Under the pieces are notes generated by a model. The model saw nothing but the letters and a program-made list of their open reading frames with translations. It was not told the origin of the DNA and made no database searches. A DNA stretch of 27,784 nt from a virus (taxonomy: Duplodnaviria > Caudoviricetes). The stretch covers positions 1 to 27,784 of the IMG/VR virus record IMGVR_UViG_3300036833_000118. One strand, given 5' to 3'. The translations under genes were made by a program, and so were the position numbers. Numbering within the stretch: position 1 is the first letter of the stretch; every line of letters begins with the position of its first letter. This document shows positions 1-8,849 of the stretch, in pieces.

Positions 1-243
1 CGTGAAGGCCTTTGAATACTTCCTGACTGCGGAGCCTGAGCTTCTGGTTGGACCATCGCGGTTCTCCTTACGCAGGCCGACGAAGATTGTTTGTATCCTG
101 CCGATGGCAATAATCGCAGCGATCCGTTCCTTGATGTCAAGTTTTTGATTGACGTCGGCGTCCTCAAGTTCGTCAAGCAGCCGCGCGATCTGTTCGTAGA
201 GGCGCGAATTGACGGCGCGCGGGTCGGAGTTTGAAATCGTCAT
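1..243 (-). CDS. Hypothetical phage protein, 3' truncated by the window edge
   Basis: ATG at 243 overlaps the upstream stop (ATGA). Reads open to base 1 (MTISNSDPRAVNSRLYEQIARLLDELEDADVNQKLDIKERIAAIIAIGRIQ...). Confidence 0.75.
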   Translation of the reverse strand, partial: MTISNSDPRAVNSRLYEQIARLLDELEDADVNQKLDIKERIAAIIAIGRIQTIFVGLRKENRDGPTRSSGSAVRKYSKAFT

Positions 244-1475
244 TGGCTGTCCCCTTGTTGAGATTGCAGCGGCCCAAGATTGGGGCCGCGATAGGGTTCA
301 CCTTTCAGCAGCGCCCCGGTAGTAGCGCCGGCTGCGCGCTGGCCGGCGGCGCCGATCGGGCGCGCTGCCATGGAGCCTGTCGCATATCCGGCACGCCGCG
401 CAAGGTGATGGAGCGGCCAATGTGCCCAATAGGCGTGCGGTGCGACGGCGAAGCCTGCGCCATGAACGGCGGCGTGTGTGCCCAACGCGGCCGCAGCCCG
501 GCGAGCCACAGGGCTAGCCGCAAACGCCCCTGCTGCGGCGCCGGCCGCCATCTGGGCTTCCTTTGCGCTCCAATAGTCCGCGTCGCTCGTGGTACCCTCC
601 ACGGGCTGCAGGCCGGCGGCCACGGCCCCGCGTGTCGCACCGCCGGCAAGGCGGGCCGTGGCCGGAAACCGGGCGGCAGCCGCCCCGACGCGCTTGCCCG
701 TCGCGCTGGCGGCGTCGCTGGCGGCCAGCCGTGCCCGCTTGGCGGCTGTAGGGGGACCGATGGGAGGTGAGGGCGGGTTCGGTGTCTCGAACGCTGGGCG
801 GGCTTTGGAGGGCCGTACAGGCCCCCTTTCCGGACCCGGAAAATAGTCGCGGGGGTGCGTCCAAAGTTCCTTCGCGGCGCCCGGGCCTGTGGTTCCCTCT
901 TTCACTGCGCGCCGGCCGATGTCGGCCGGGGTCTCCACCGCCCGGCGCACGGCGGCATAGCCCCACGGACCAGCCTCCACCGCTGACCTCACACCTTGGA
1001 GGCCGGCTCGGCCGGCTTCGGCAGCCCGGCTGGCCTGACCGGCGAAGCCCGCCGCGCGGGCAAGGCCGCCAAGCGGGATGAACATCGAGCCGATCTCGCC
1101 GCCGAGTTCCGCGACCCTTCCGGTCGTGGTCGAACGGCCATAGTTGCGCCATTCCTTCATTGCGTCGCGCAGGAACTGTGGCGCGACCCGCATGCGCCGG
1201 CCGGTGATCTTGTGCAACAGAAACTCGGCAAACTGTCCCATACCCTCCAGCGGATCGCCGACAACGCCATAAGCGCCACCGGCCGCCCCCGTGCCCAAGG
1301 CCGAGTTCTCAGCTTTGGCTGGAGGCGCTTTGGCTGGGGCCGCTGCTGCGGCGGACGGCCGGGCGCGACTGTGCTGCCGCTGCACCCGGGCAATCACGTC
1401 AGCCTTCGACATGCCCTCGGGCGCGGTGACCTTGTAGCGCGTGCCGTCCGGCGCCGAGATGATCCACTCGGTCAT
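240..1475 (-). CDS. Putative internal virion/ejection protein (Ala/Gly-rich)
   Basis: N-terminal WIISAPDGTRYKVTAPEG motif is typical of podophage ejection proteins. Ala/Gly-rich amphipathic segments; ATGA coupling to the upstream gene. Confidence 0.6.
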   Translation of the reverse strand: MTEWIISAPDGTRYKVTAPEGMSKADVIARVQRQHSRARPSAAAAAPAKAPPAKAENSALGTGAAGGAYGVVGDPLEGMGQFAEFLLHKITGRRMRVAPQFLRDAMKEWRNYGRSTTTGRVAELGGEIGSMFIPLGGLARAAGFAGQASRAAEAGRAGLQGVRSAVEAGPWGYAAVRRAVETPADIGRRAVKEGTTGPGAAKELWTHPRDYFPGPERGPVRPSKARPAFETPNPPSPPIGPPTAAKRARLAASDAASATGKRVGAAAARFPATARLAGGATRGAVAAGLQPVEGTTSDADYWSAKEAQMAAGAAAGAFAASPVARRAAAALGTHAAVHGAGFAVAPHAYWAHWPLHHLARRAGYATGSMAARPIGAAGQRAAGATTGALLKGEPYRGPNLGPLQSQQGDSQ

Positions 1476-3781
1476 TGCATCCTCTCGATCTTCACTCCGT
1501 CGTTCGGCGTCTGTTCCCGCTCAAGTTTTTGCAACAGTCTGATCGCAGCGCCGACGCTCTCTTGCGTCGGCGAGGGTTCGCTGACGTACTCCGGGCCAAG
1601 CGTGTTCTCGATATTGCTGGCATTGGGTCCGGCGACATAGCCCAGATAGAGCTTGCCAAGCGATCCGATATTACGGCCGACACCGGCGACGTAGCGCTGC
1701 ACCAGTGCGTTCATGCGGTCATGGGCGAGTACCTGCCGCCGCTGGACCCCAGCGATGACGTTATCGACGCCGTACCATTTCCAGTCCAAAGTGGCCATGT
1801 CATCGTGTCGGCCTGTCACTGTCGGTTTGCCGCCGGTCAGAGCGCGCTGTGTCTCATTGGCGACGGCTTCTGTATCCGTTGCGATCTCCATGATCAGCCG
1901 CTGCGCTTCCGGCGGCACACGCCCCAGCCAACTACGTCCTACGGGGCCGGCGCCCGCATAGCCCTGAAGGAGGCTGAGATCGTACTTCTTCAGTTCGTTA
2001 AGATCGCGTTCCAAACGTCCGGCGTGGAAGTCAAGTGTCGCGATTGACGTCATATTGCGGGCATCCTGCCCGGTGGCAAAGCTCAGTTTGGTCGCATATC
2101 GAATTTTGGCACTGTCGGCCGTGAAGGTGCTATCGGCCTTCTGTCCAAGGCCAAGAACTTTCTGGATGTAGCTCAAGTTTCGCCACCCCGACAGCGGGAC
2201 TGGAAAGTCGCCGGAAATATAGCCACGCAAGGTTTTGGCGAACTCCGGATTGACGCCTTGCAACGCCGTGAAAACGTCCTCTCTCTTGATTTTGGGATCG
2301 TTCATAATGCCGACCATATCTCTTTCGATCTCGTTCCTGCGAGCGACCCCGTAGCTCTTGATGATCTTTGGGATCGGCGCGAGTTGCGGACTGGGGATCG
2401 TGCCATTGGCAAGCTGCTGCCCCAACTGGTCGATCTGGTAAGGGTCAAATCCCTTTGAGCGCGCCAAGTCCAAGGTTGGCGAGTGCTTGTCCTCGATGGT
2501 TTGTAGTGGTGGAGGTGTGTCAGGTCGTGTCGAGGGCTGCCCCGTTGGCGCTCGCGCAGCCGGCGCGGCTTGCCCCGGCACAGCGCCTTGCGACGGTGTC
2601 TCCGCTTGCGCAAGCTGTTGCGCCCCGGGCTGTGGAGCGTCGCTCATGGTGCCGGTATCGGCCTGCGCTAACTGGATTGGCCGCTGGGCAGGCGCCGCCT
2701 GCGACGTTTGATCATCTGTGTCGGCTGCATCTGCGGGCGGAGCTGCTGGCGCTGTCTTGGCTGGGGTCTCAGATGGCGTTTCAGTCTCGGCCGGCGTTTC
2801 AGTCTCGGCCGGCTCGGTTGTGTTAGGTGCCTCACCCGGTTTGGTGGTGCCAGCATTAACCGGATCGGCCGGCCATGACAATTCGGTCTCGCCGGGTTGT
2901 CCCTTCGCGGGTGGTGCGGGCACTTGTCCCGGGGGTGTTGGCGTCGTCCCAGCATTCGGATGCAGCTTGTACGGCTCAAGCTGATCATCGGCGTCCTTCT
3001 GCTTCTGCTTGATCGTATCGAGACGTGACTTCGCGATCTCTAGATCGACCGCCGCCCGCTGTTTCTTCAGGTCTTGGCTTGACCCGTCGAGGTACTTCAT
3101 CAGCTTGTCAACGGCAGAATAATCGCCGCGCTCAATCAAGCCTTTCAGGAACTCGTGGTTATACTGCCATGCGAGTTGCCAAAGACGATCGTGTAGCTCT
3201 TCAGGCTCGACGATCTTGCCATTTTCGTCCGTAAAGGCGTGATAGGCCTCCTTGGCCCGCCGGATGAACTCGTCGAGCCTGTAATCCGCCAACTTCATGT
3301 TGGTGATCATTTGCTGATGGCTGGCACGCGCCTGCTGCGCGAAGCCCTTGCTGAAAGCATCGCGTCCGGCGAAGTAGTCTTTGCCAGCTTGGATCATCGG
3401 CATCGCAATGCCGGGCGCCGCGTACTGTCCCAAGCCGGTCGTGAGCCCGTGCATGATGCCGGGCATGTCGCGCTCGGTCGGCACATGCATGCCCTCGGGC
3501 GTGCCGCCTTGGTAATTCTTCATCCCGGCCAGCACCCAGTCGTCGGTGCCCCAGTCGGTGTGCGGCCGGTCGCGCAGCGCCGGGTTCATGTAGGTCGGAA
3601 CATAGGGGGTGAACGGCGGCACGTCGCCGATTGGTCCCAGCCGGCGGAAGCCGTAGGGCGCGGCGTCGTCATCCAATCGTTGCTTGAACCCGGTCTGTTC
3701 CGTTGGCTGTTGCGGTTGCGGTTGCGGCCCGCCGACCTGACCCTGTGCGGGTGGCAGCGCCCATGCGAATGTGTCAGACAC
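1472..3781 (-). CDS. Putative large internal virion/ejection protein
   Basis: 769 aa; helical domains separated by a long P/T/A/Q linker. GGAGG SD before GTG; located in the ejection module. Confidence 0.6.
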   Translation of the reverse strand: MSDTFAWALPPAQGQVGGPQPQPQQPTEQTGFKQRLDDDAAPYGFRRLGPIGDVPPFTPYVPTYMNPALRDRPHTDWGTDDWVLAGMKNYQGGTPEGMHVPTERDMPGIMHGLTTGLGQYAAPGIAMPMIQAGKDYFAGRDAFSKGFAQQARASHQQMITNMKLADYRLDEFIRRAKEAYHAFTDENGKIVEPEELHDRLWQLAWQYNHEFLKGLIERGDYSAVDKLMKYLDGSSQDLKKQRAAVDLEIAKSRLDTIKQKQKDADDQLEPYKLHPNAGTTPTPPGQVPAPPAKGQPGETELSWPADPVNAGTTKPGEAPNTTEPAETETPAETETPSETPAKTAPAAPPADAADTDDQTSQAAPAQRPIQLAQADTGTMSDAPQPGAQQLAQAETPSQGAVPGQAAPAARAPTGQPSTRPDTPPPLQTIEDKHSPTLDLARSKGFDPYQIDQLGQQLANGTIPSPQLAPIPKIIKSYGVARRNEIERDMVGIMNDPKIKREDVFTALQGVNPEFAKTLRGYISGDFPVPLSGWRNLSYIQKVLGLGQKADSTFTADSAKIRYATKLSFATGQDARNMTSIATLDFHAGRLERDLNELKKYDLSLLQGYAGAGPVGRSWLGRVPPEAQRLIMEIATDTEAVANETQRALTGGKPTVTGRHDDMATLDWKWYGVDNVIAGVQRRQVLAHDRMNALVQRYVAGVGRNIGSLGKLYLGYVAGPNASNIENTLGPEYVSEPSPTQESVGAAIRLLQKLEREQTPNDGVKIERMQ
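2775..2813. repeat. 18-bp tandem duplication encoding PAETET x2
   Basis: ggcgtttcagtctcggcc repeated twice exactly. Confidence 0.85.
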
Positions 3782-5822
3782 GGGGGCCTCCTCCTGCTAG
3801 CCGCAGAATGTCATTCACGCCAAGGGCTCTTGCCAGCGGATTGTTGGGATCGGGCATCTGTTTTGGCAGCCCCTCCATCGGGTCTTGGGTCGGCCGCCAC
3901 GATCTGGCCAAATCGGCGCCGACCGGTTCCCCTCTGCGATCCTCGACATTTGGGCTCTGTCGCCAGCCGGGATAGGCGGTATTGAACTGGCGAGCCTGCC
4001 TCTGGGCATAAGCTTCAGCCGCCAGTAGCTGGGCGGGACCGGCCAACCGTGGCAGCGGCTGCAACAGCGAGGCGCGGCTCGCTTCCGGCACGCTGTAGCG
4101 CTGGACGCCGCCTTTGTTGATCCTGTTGTAGCGCGCCATCAGATTTTCCGGTGACGGGCGAAGGTAGTCCCGGGCGAATAGCTTTGCCGCATCCTCGGGC
4201 GTGCGGGCATTGTTCATGGCCTGCCATAGCTGCGGATAGTTCTGTTTGAGGTTGGCAGCGAGGAACTGAGTTTGCAGTTGTGGATCGCGCCAGTCCCGCC
4301 CGTTCAGCCAGCGCGCGTAGTTGTTCCACTCGTCGCCGCCCTCCTGATAGAGCCCGTGCGCATTGTTCGCTTCGGTGCCCCGGAACTCGGGGTGATTGGC
4401 CTGATCGGCGATCGCGACGTTGCTCGGGTTAAAATCGCTCTCGGCCCCGACGTTGAACAGGATGCCCTGAATGGCATTGTTGCGGGCTCCACTGGCGCGC
4501 AGCGTGTCGGTGACAATCGGCGTCACGGCGGTTCTGCCGGTCGGCATGGTACCGTCGGGCTGCCGGCTCGGAGCGACTGCTGCCGCACCGCCGCCCAAAG
4601 GCCGCCGCGTGCCTGCCTCCAAGCCTCCGCTCGGCTGTCCCGAAGCATCGACCGGCTGCGTTGTGACGCGCGTTGGTGCTGTCGTACCCGGTGCCTGACC
4701 GGGCGGTCTCGGCCGTGGGGGTATCTGGCCGGGTGCTCCGGGCTGACCGGATGCCCCGACGCGGTTGCCCTGCGCATCGACCAGTCCCTGACCGGGCACA
4801 AAACGCATTCCGGGAGGCGCTGGTGGGAAATTCATCGGATTGGTGCCCGGAGGTGCGGCTTGCCCTTGGGCGAGCCACGGAGCTCCCTGACCGCCTTGCT
4901 GGCCTCCCATGCCGGGCATGCCGGGCACGCCACCCATCCCCGTCATGTCCTGCACGAGCTTCATCAGGGACTGGGGATTGCCCGACATGATGCCCAAGAT
5001 GTCGCTGATGATGTTGCCGGTCCCCCCAGCGCCGGGAAAACCACCTTGACCGGCTGCGCCAGTCTGTCGTGTGCTTGAGGGCAGGGTCGTGGCCGCTCTC
5101 CCTTGCGCCGGAGGGCTCGTCTGCGCAGGGCCGGGGCTGGGGGCCGCGTCCTGCGAAGCCGAAGGATCAGTTGAAGTATCTGGAGGAGTACCTGCGGAGG
5201 GATCGGCGCGCTGACCGTAGTTTGGCCATCCGGGTACGTTGCCGGTATAGCTTGGAACCTGCATCTTGTTGCCGGCGACATCCTGCGCGGATGTTTGCGC
5301 CCAGTCCGGCAACTGTACGCCACCTGCCGGTGCCGTTTGCACGGGCGCCTGCTGTGCCGTTTGCACAGGCACCTGCTGTGCCGTCCAGCCGGACGGCCCG
5401 GCGACATTCGGCTGTTGCGCGGGCGAGAACGGTCCCTTGCTGGTGTCCATGGCCGCGACTGATGGCGGCACTGGCGTAGGCGCCTGCTGCGGCGCCTGCG
5501 GCGCCTGTGGCTGCGGCGTAGGGTCCGGTCCCGTCTGGGTGCCGGCCGGCGTGCTGCTCTGCTGGCCGCCAAGGTCTTCGGTGCCGGTCGGGCCAATGCC
5601 TGACTGATTGCCGGTGATCGCGTCCATGGCGGTGGTCGATCCGGTTGGGTCGAACACTTGCGAGAAAGCCTGATCGCCGCCGGTCGCTAGCCCGTCGGTG
5701 CCGGTGCCGGTGCCGCCAAATCCTGTAAGCGCACCCAGAGCGTTGCCGGCGCCGCCGGTCAAGCCACTCAACAGCGAGCCGAGACCGCTGCTGCCGCTGC
5801 TACCATCAAACAGGGTGCCCAT
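3774..5822 (-). CDS. Virion ejection protein with phage tail-type lysozyme (Phage_lysozyme2-like) domain
   Basis: C-terminal GILFNVGAESDFNP...AHGLYQ...QTQFL...TPEDAAKLFARDYLRP matches the tail lysozyme pattern. Low-complexity G/Q/P N-terminus. Confidence 0.75.
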   Translation of the reverse strand: MGTLFDGSSGSSGLGSLLSGLTGGAGNALGALTGFGGTGTGTDGLATGGDQAFSQVFDPTGSTTAMDAITGNQSGIGPTGTEDLGGQQSSTPAGTQTGPDPTPQPQAPQAPQQAPTPVPPSVAAMDTSKGPFSPAQQPNVAGPSGWTAQQVPVQTAQQAPVQTAPAGGVQLPDWAQTSAQDVAGNKMQVPSYTGNVPGWPNYGQRADPSAGTPPDTSTDPSASQDAAPSPGPAQTSPPAQGRAATTLPSSTRQTGAAGQGGFPGAGGTGNIISDILGIMSGNPQSLMKLVQDMTGMGGVPGMPGMGGQQGGQGAPWLAQGQAAPPGTNPMNFPPAPPGMRFVPGQGLVDAQGNRVGASGQPGAPGQIPPRPRPPGQAPGTTAPTRVTTQPVDASGQPSGGLEAGTRRPLGGGAAAVAPSRQPDGTMPTGRTAVTPIVTDTLRASGARNNAIQGILFNVGAESDFNPSNVAIADQANHPEFRGTEANNAHGLYQEGGDEWNNYARWLNGRDWRDPQLQTQFLAANLKQNYPQLWQAMNNARTPEDAAKLFARDYLRPSPENLMARYNRINKGGVQRYSVPEASRASLLQPLPRLAGPAQLLAAEAYAQRQARQFNTAYPGWRQSPNVEDRRGEPVGADLARSWRPTQDPMEGLPKQMPDPNNPLARALGVNDILRLAGGGPRV
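5330..5384. repeat. Imperfect 24-bp tandem repeat encoding QQ(V/A)PVQTA
   Basis: gtgccgtttgcac(g/a)ggc(g/a)cctgct, about 2.3 copies. Confidence 0.75.
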
Positions 5823-5828
5823 GGCCTA

Positions 5829-6299
5829 TCATCCTACTCCTGCGGCGAGGGCGTCAGTGCCGCCGGCCGCCGCCGCGCCCTGACCCGCCGCCGCTTGCCC
5901 GGCAAGCTGGCTCAATTGGTTGTTCTGCTGGGCCGCTTGCTGGTTCTGGGCAATGACGTTTGCGGCGGTGCCGGGAATGGCCGGATTGCTTATGTTGGTG
6001 GTCTGAAGCTGGCCTAATGCCGCATTCGCGATGTCGCCAAGCCCACTCACATCCTTTTTCTCGGCGGTTCCGGGACTGCCGAACTGGAGACTGCCGCCTG
6101 ACGCTGCCGCCGTCGCCGGATCGCCGCCGAACACATTGGGGTCCGGCACGCCAAGGCCAAGCTGGTGGTAGCGATTGCTGATCATCTCGGTGCCGAAGCC
6201 CAAGGCCTGCTGGATCGCGTTGATGTCGAAGCCGGACAGGCCGCTGCCGAGAGTGCCGCCTCCCTTGCTGCTGCCGCCGCCGCCGAAAAGACTGCCCAT
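5829..6299 (-). CDS. Small Gly/Ala/Gln-rich putative ejection (pilot-like) protein
   Basis: Starts MGSLFGGGGSSKGG (alternative start at 6308). Composition and position fit small ejection proteins. Confidence 0.6.
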   Translation of the reverse strand: MGSLFGGGGSSKGGGTLGSGLSGFDINAIQQALGFGTEMISNRYHQLGLGVPDPNVFGGDPATAAASGGSLQFGSPGTAEKKDVSGLGDIANAALGQLQTTNISNPAIPGTAANVIAQNQQAAQQNNQLSQLAGQAAAGQGAAAAGGTDALAAGVG

Positions 6300-6304
6300 G
6301 ACTG

Positions 6305-6721
6305 TCACCCTATGCTGGCGTTACCGCCGCTGGTATCGGTGCTGCCGCCAGTGTCTAGGCTGCCGGTTGTCGAACCGAAATTGCCGCCCGTCGAACCGAA
6401 GCCGGCGCTTGACGCCAGATTTTGCAGGCTTGAGTTGGCGGCCTGCGCGGCGGCGGCATTCTTGTCGGCAAGGCCGGCAGCCTCCGAGGCGCCACCGATC
6501 CCTGCGGCGGCATCGGCCATGGTTTTCATGGTCGATAGGCCGGTGCCAGAACTGGCGAACTGCGAATTGTTCTTCAGGATGTTCTGGCCCATTGTAAATT
6601 CGGCAAGGGCTGCCTGCTGTGGGCTGAGACTGCTGGGGGTGCTGGTGGCGCCACCCTTGCCGCCGCCGAATGCGCTGGATGCCTTGCCGCCCAAGGAACC
6701 GAGTAAACTTGTCGTGCCCAT
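6305..6721 (-). CDS. Small Gly/Ser/Ala-rich putative ejection protein
   Basis: MGTTSLLGSLGGK..., low complexity, immediately downstream of the GNAT-like gene. Confidence 0.6.
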   Translation of the reverse strand: MGTTSLLGSLGGKASSAFGGGKGGATSTPSSLSPQQAALAEFTMGQNILKNNSQFASSGTGLSTMKTMADAAAGIGGASEAAGLADKNAAAAQAANSSLQNLASSAGFGSTGGNFGSTTGSLDTGGSTDTSGGNASIG

Positions 6722-6725
6722 GGCT

Positions 6726-7151
6726 TTACAGCCTCAGATTAAAACGCGGTGAAGTCTCGGTGGCGCCCATCCTGCGCGCCAGCATGGTGATGTCGGCGTT
6801 TTCCGACGTGAGGCGCCACGTCGAACACTTCCTCCGCTTGGCCCACTCGACGGACACGCGCAGCAGCCTCAAGGCTTCCCACATGCCGCCGTCATCTGCG
6901 CAGATCGCGATGACGTTGCACTCGAACTCGGCGGGTGTCCATGGAACGCAGCACAGCATCGCGATCAGGAGCGCGTTGTCGGTGCGGATCGGAAGGAAGA
7001 GCAGCGGTGACTTGAGGACGATGTTGACGAACCAGCCTTCGGTGCCCTCAATGTCGAATTTGTCCGGCGGGTAGCGCTTGGCGAAGACCATGCGGAGCCA
7101 TGGCAGATCGGCCTCGGACATCGGCCGAACGGTGACTTCTTCTTTGGTCAC
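6726..7151 (-). CDS. GNAT-fold acyltransferase-like virion assembly protein
   Basis: VTVRPMSEADLPWL N-terminus and EWAKRRKC...LARRMGA C-terminus fit the GNAT pattern. GTG start overlaps the upstream TGA. Podophages often carry such a gene before the ejection genes. Confidence 0.6.
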   Translation of the reverse strand: MTKEEVTVRPMSEADLPWLRMVFAKRYPPDKFDIEGTEGWFVNIVLKSPLLFLPIRTDNALLIAMLCCVPWTPAEFECNVIAICADDGGMWEALRLLRVSVEWAKRRKCSTWRLTSENADITMLARRMGATETSPRFNLRL

Positions 7152-7549
7152 CAAAAGGGGTACGTCCAGCTTATCGCTGGCGGAGGCAGGGCCACATTCG
7201 GCGAGATCGTGTTGGCGCCCACGTAGTGCTCGATCCAATTGTCGAACTCCCAGAGTTTGCGTTGCCTTGGATCGTCCAAGTCATAATCGCGCAGGAGGCC
7301 ACCTATGCGCAAGCCTATCGTTGACGCTCCAAACTCGGTTGGCAGGTGCTGTAGTGCGTCATTTTGGGCGGTCTGATGGTTCAAGGCCCACGGCCCGGCC
7401 GGATTGGCGGGCTGCATCTCGTCGATGAAATATGGAACGACGCTAAACCTGTCGAGAGGGGACATTACCCCGAGGGCATTCCTATGCGACATAGCATGTT
7501 GAAAAGCGAATGTCGGATCGCTGAAGTTCAGCAACTCCAGAGAGGACAT
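7148..7549 (-). CDS. Hypothetical virion-operon protein
   Basis: ATG at 7549, 1 nt after the upstream stop. 133 aa with spaced His residues (FQHAMSH, LNHQTAQ, IEHY). Confidence 0.7.
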   Translation of the reverse strand: MSSLELLNFSDPTFAFQHAMSHRNALGVMSPLDRFSVVPYFIDEMQPANPAGPWALNHQTAQNDALQHLPTEFGASTIGLRIGGLLRDYDLDDPRQRKLWEFDNWIEHYVGANTISPNVALPPPAISWTYPFW

Positions 7550-7550
7550 G

Positions 7551-7853
7551 TCACTCGCCCGGCTTATCGCGGCCTCGCACCGACCGCGACAACAGCGTTG
7601 ATGCTTCCTGCGGCGGGGCGCGGGTGTTGTGCGAGCCGATTGGATCGAAGCCTTTCGGCGAAACGCGATCAACTCCCATGTCCGACGATGGGCCGTCCAT
7701 CAAAAGTCCGCCCGGCCCCACTCTCGGCTCCGTTCCAAGTCGCAGCGGCCCGGCTACAGCGCGATCCGTCCGCCGGAAGCCATCAGGCGTGAGGAAGTCG
7801 GCCACGGGTTGACGCTTTACCGGCGGCCATTCACCTTGCTTACGCTCTGGCAT
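7551..7853 (-). CDS. Hypothetical protein
   Basis: TAATG coupling to the upstream peptide; GGAGG SD; 100 aa. Confidence 0.65.
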   Translation of the reverse strand: MPERKQGEWPPVKRQPVADFLTPDGFRRTDRAVAGPLRLGTEPRVGPGGLLMDGPSSDMGVDRVSPKGFDPIGSHNTRAPPQEASTLLSRSVRGRDKPGE

Positions 7854-7933
7854 TACTTCCTCCGTTTATGTCGGCGAGCCTTGCGGAGATTGCGCCGCGC
7901 GGCGGCTTTCTGTTTTCCCGTCGGTCTTGCCAT
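7853..7933 (-). CDS. 26-aa basic peptide MARPTGKQKAAARRNLRKARRHKRRK
   Basis: Strong SD AAGGAG followed by CTTGACAC-ATG. Stop overlaps the next start (TAATG). 13 of 26 residues are R/K, none acidic. Confidence 0.75.
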   Translation of the reverse strand: MARPTGKQKAAARRNLRKARRHKRRK

Positions 7934-8273
7934 GTGTCAAGCTCCTTTCTTGACGCTTGATCAGTCGCTCGTACATCCGCCACGGCAGCACCACAAGCGG
8001 GTCCTGCCGATCGCGCTTCAGGAACAGCAGATCATACTCGCCAAGCCAGCGCTCCAGCAGCGCAAAGCCTTCGCCGTCCTTTCGTGCCTTGACTTCCGCA
8101 ACGGCAGGGGCTTCTTCCCTGCCAAACGCGTAGATGTCGAGATCATATCCCTGACCGCGAAAATGCGAAGCACCACTGAGAGGGTAGCGCTCCGCATGGA
8201 CGCCAATCTCTTTGTGTGCGTTGACGATCTCGCATTCGACCCGGTTGCCTTTGCGCCGCTGGCTTGCACTCAT
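7866..8273 (-). CDS. PD-(D/E)XK Holliday junction resolvase-like endonuclease (Hjc-type)
   Basis: SQRRKGNRVECE...PLSGA...YDLDI...AEVKARK motif. AGGAG SD and ATGA coupling. Confidence 0.75.
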   Translation of the reverse strand: MSASQRRKGNRVECEIVNAHKEIGVHAERYPLSGASHFRGQGYDLDIYAFGREEAPAVAEVKARKDGEGFALLERWLGEYDLLFLKRDRQDPLVVLPWRMYERLIKRQERSLTHGKTDGKTESRRAAQSPQGSPT

Positions 8274-8446
8274 CTTCGCTTGCTCCTGACTGGGCCAGTG
8301 CGCGCACCGGGTCGCGGACTGCGACCACCGCGTTCACGGCCACCTCCCCTTTTTGCACGTGACCAATCGCTTGGAAACGCATCATCGTGCCACGGCATTC
8401 TGCACACCGGGCCGCGACCGCCCGGATGATGTTTGCGCCGGGCCAT
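8270..8446 (-). CDS. 58-aa Arg/Gly-rich basic peptide (MARRKHHPGGRG...RSKRR)
   Basis: ATG 1 nt after the upstream TAA; its stop overlaps the resolvase ATG. Confidence 0.65.
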   Translation of the reverse strand: MARRKHHPGGRGPVCRMPWHDDAFPSDWSRAKRGGGRERGGRSPRPGARTGPVRSKRR

Positions 8447-8447
8447 G

Positions 8448-8594
8448 TTACGGGTTCCGTCGGCTGCGTCGTCCGCGTCCGAGGCCCTGCCGGTGGCCAC
8501 GCGCCCGCTTGACCCGACTTGTCGGACGAAGCGTAGCGAAGCGGCCGGCGGGATCGACGCGGGAGCGCGGCCCAAGGTTGATACCTCTAGCCAT
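8448..8594 (-). CDS. 48-aa Arg-rich basic peptide (MARGINLGPRSR...GRGRRSRRNP)
   Basis: SD GAGGAGG; TGATG coupling with the upstream ORF. Confidence 0.7.
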   Translation of the reverse strand: MARGINLGPRSRVDPAGRFATLRPTSRVKRARGHRQGLGRGRRSRRNP

Positions 8595-8770
8595 CAGAGC
8601 CTCCTCATCGGTCTCATTGTGGAACGGGACGCCATGTGTGGTCCCTTGCGATAACTGTTGGGCCGGGGGACAAAGCGGGGCAGCCGCCAGTCCCCCGGCT
8701 TGACCGGGTTTGCGGCCCTCATAAGATTTCGCGCATTGTTGTGGGCAGACCCAATACGCGGGGCGGGCAT
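8594..8770 (-). CDS. 58-aa basic peptide (MPAPRIGSAHNNARNLMRAANPVKPGDWRLPRFVPRPNSYRKGPHMASRSTMRPMRRL)
   Basis: SD GGAGG; TAA-ATG abutting; fills the gap exactly between its neighbours. Confidence 0.7.
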   Translation of the reverse strand: MPAPRIGSAHNNARNLMRAANPVKPGDWRLPRFVPRPNSYRKGPHMASRSTMRPMRRL

Positions 8771-8839
8771 TTACCGCCTCCGTGAGCGCCGCGCTCTGAT
8801 CCTGCGGGCTCTGCGGGTCATTCTCAGTTTCCGTGCCAT
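8771..8839 (-). CDS. 22-aa protamine-like peptide MARKLRMTRRARRIRARRSRRR
   Basis: 12 Arg + 1 Lys. AGGCGG upstream; stop abuts the next ATG. Confidence 0.7.
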   Translation of the reverse strand: MARKLRMTRRARRIRARRSRRR

Positions 8840-8849
8840 GCGGCACCGC

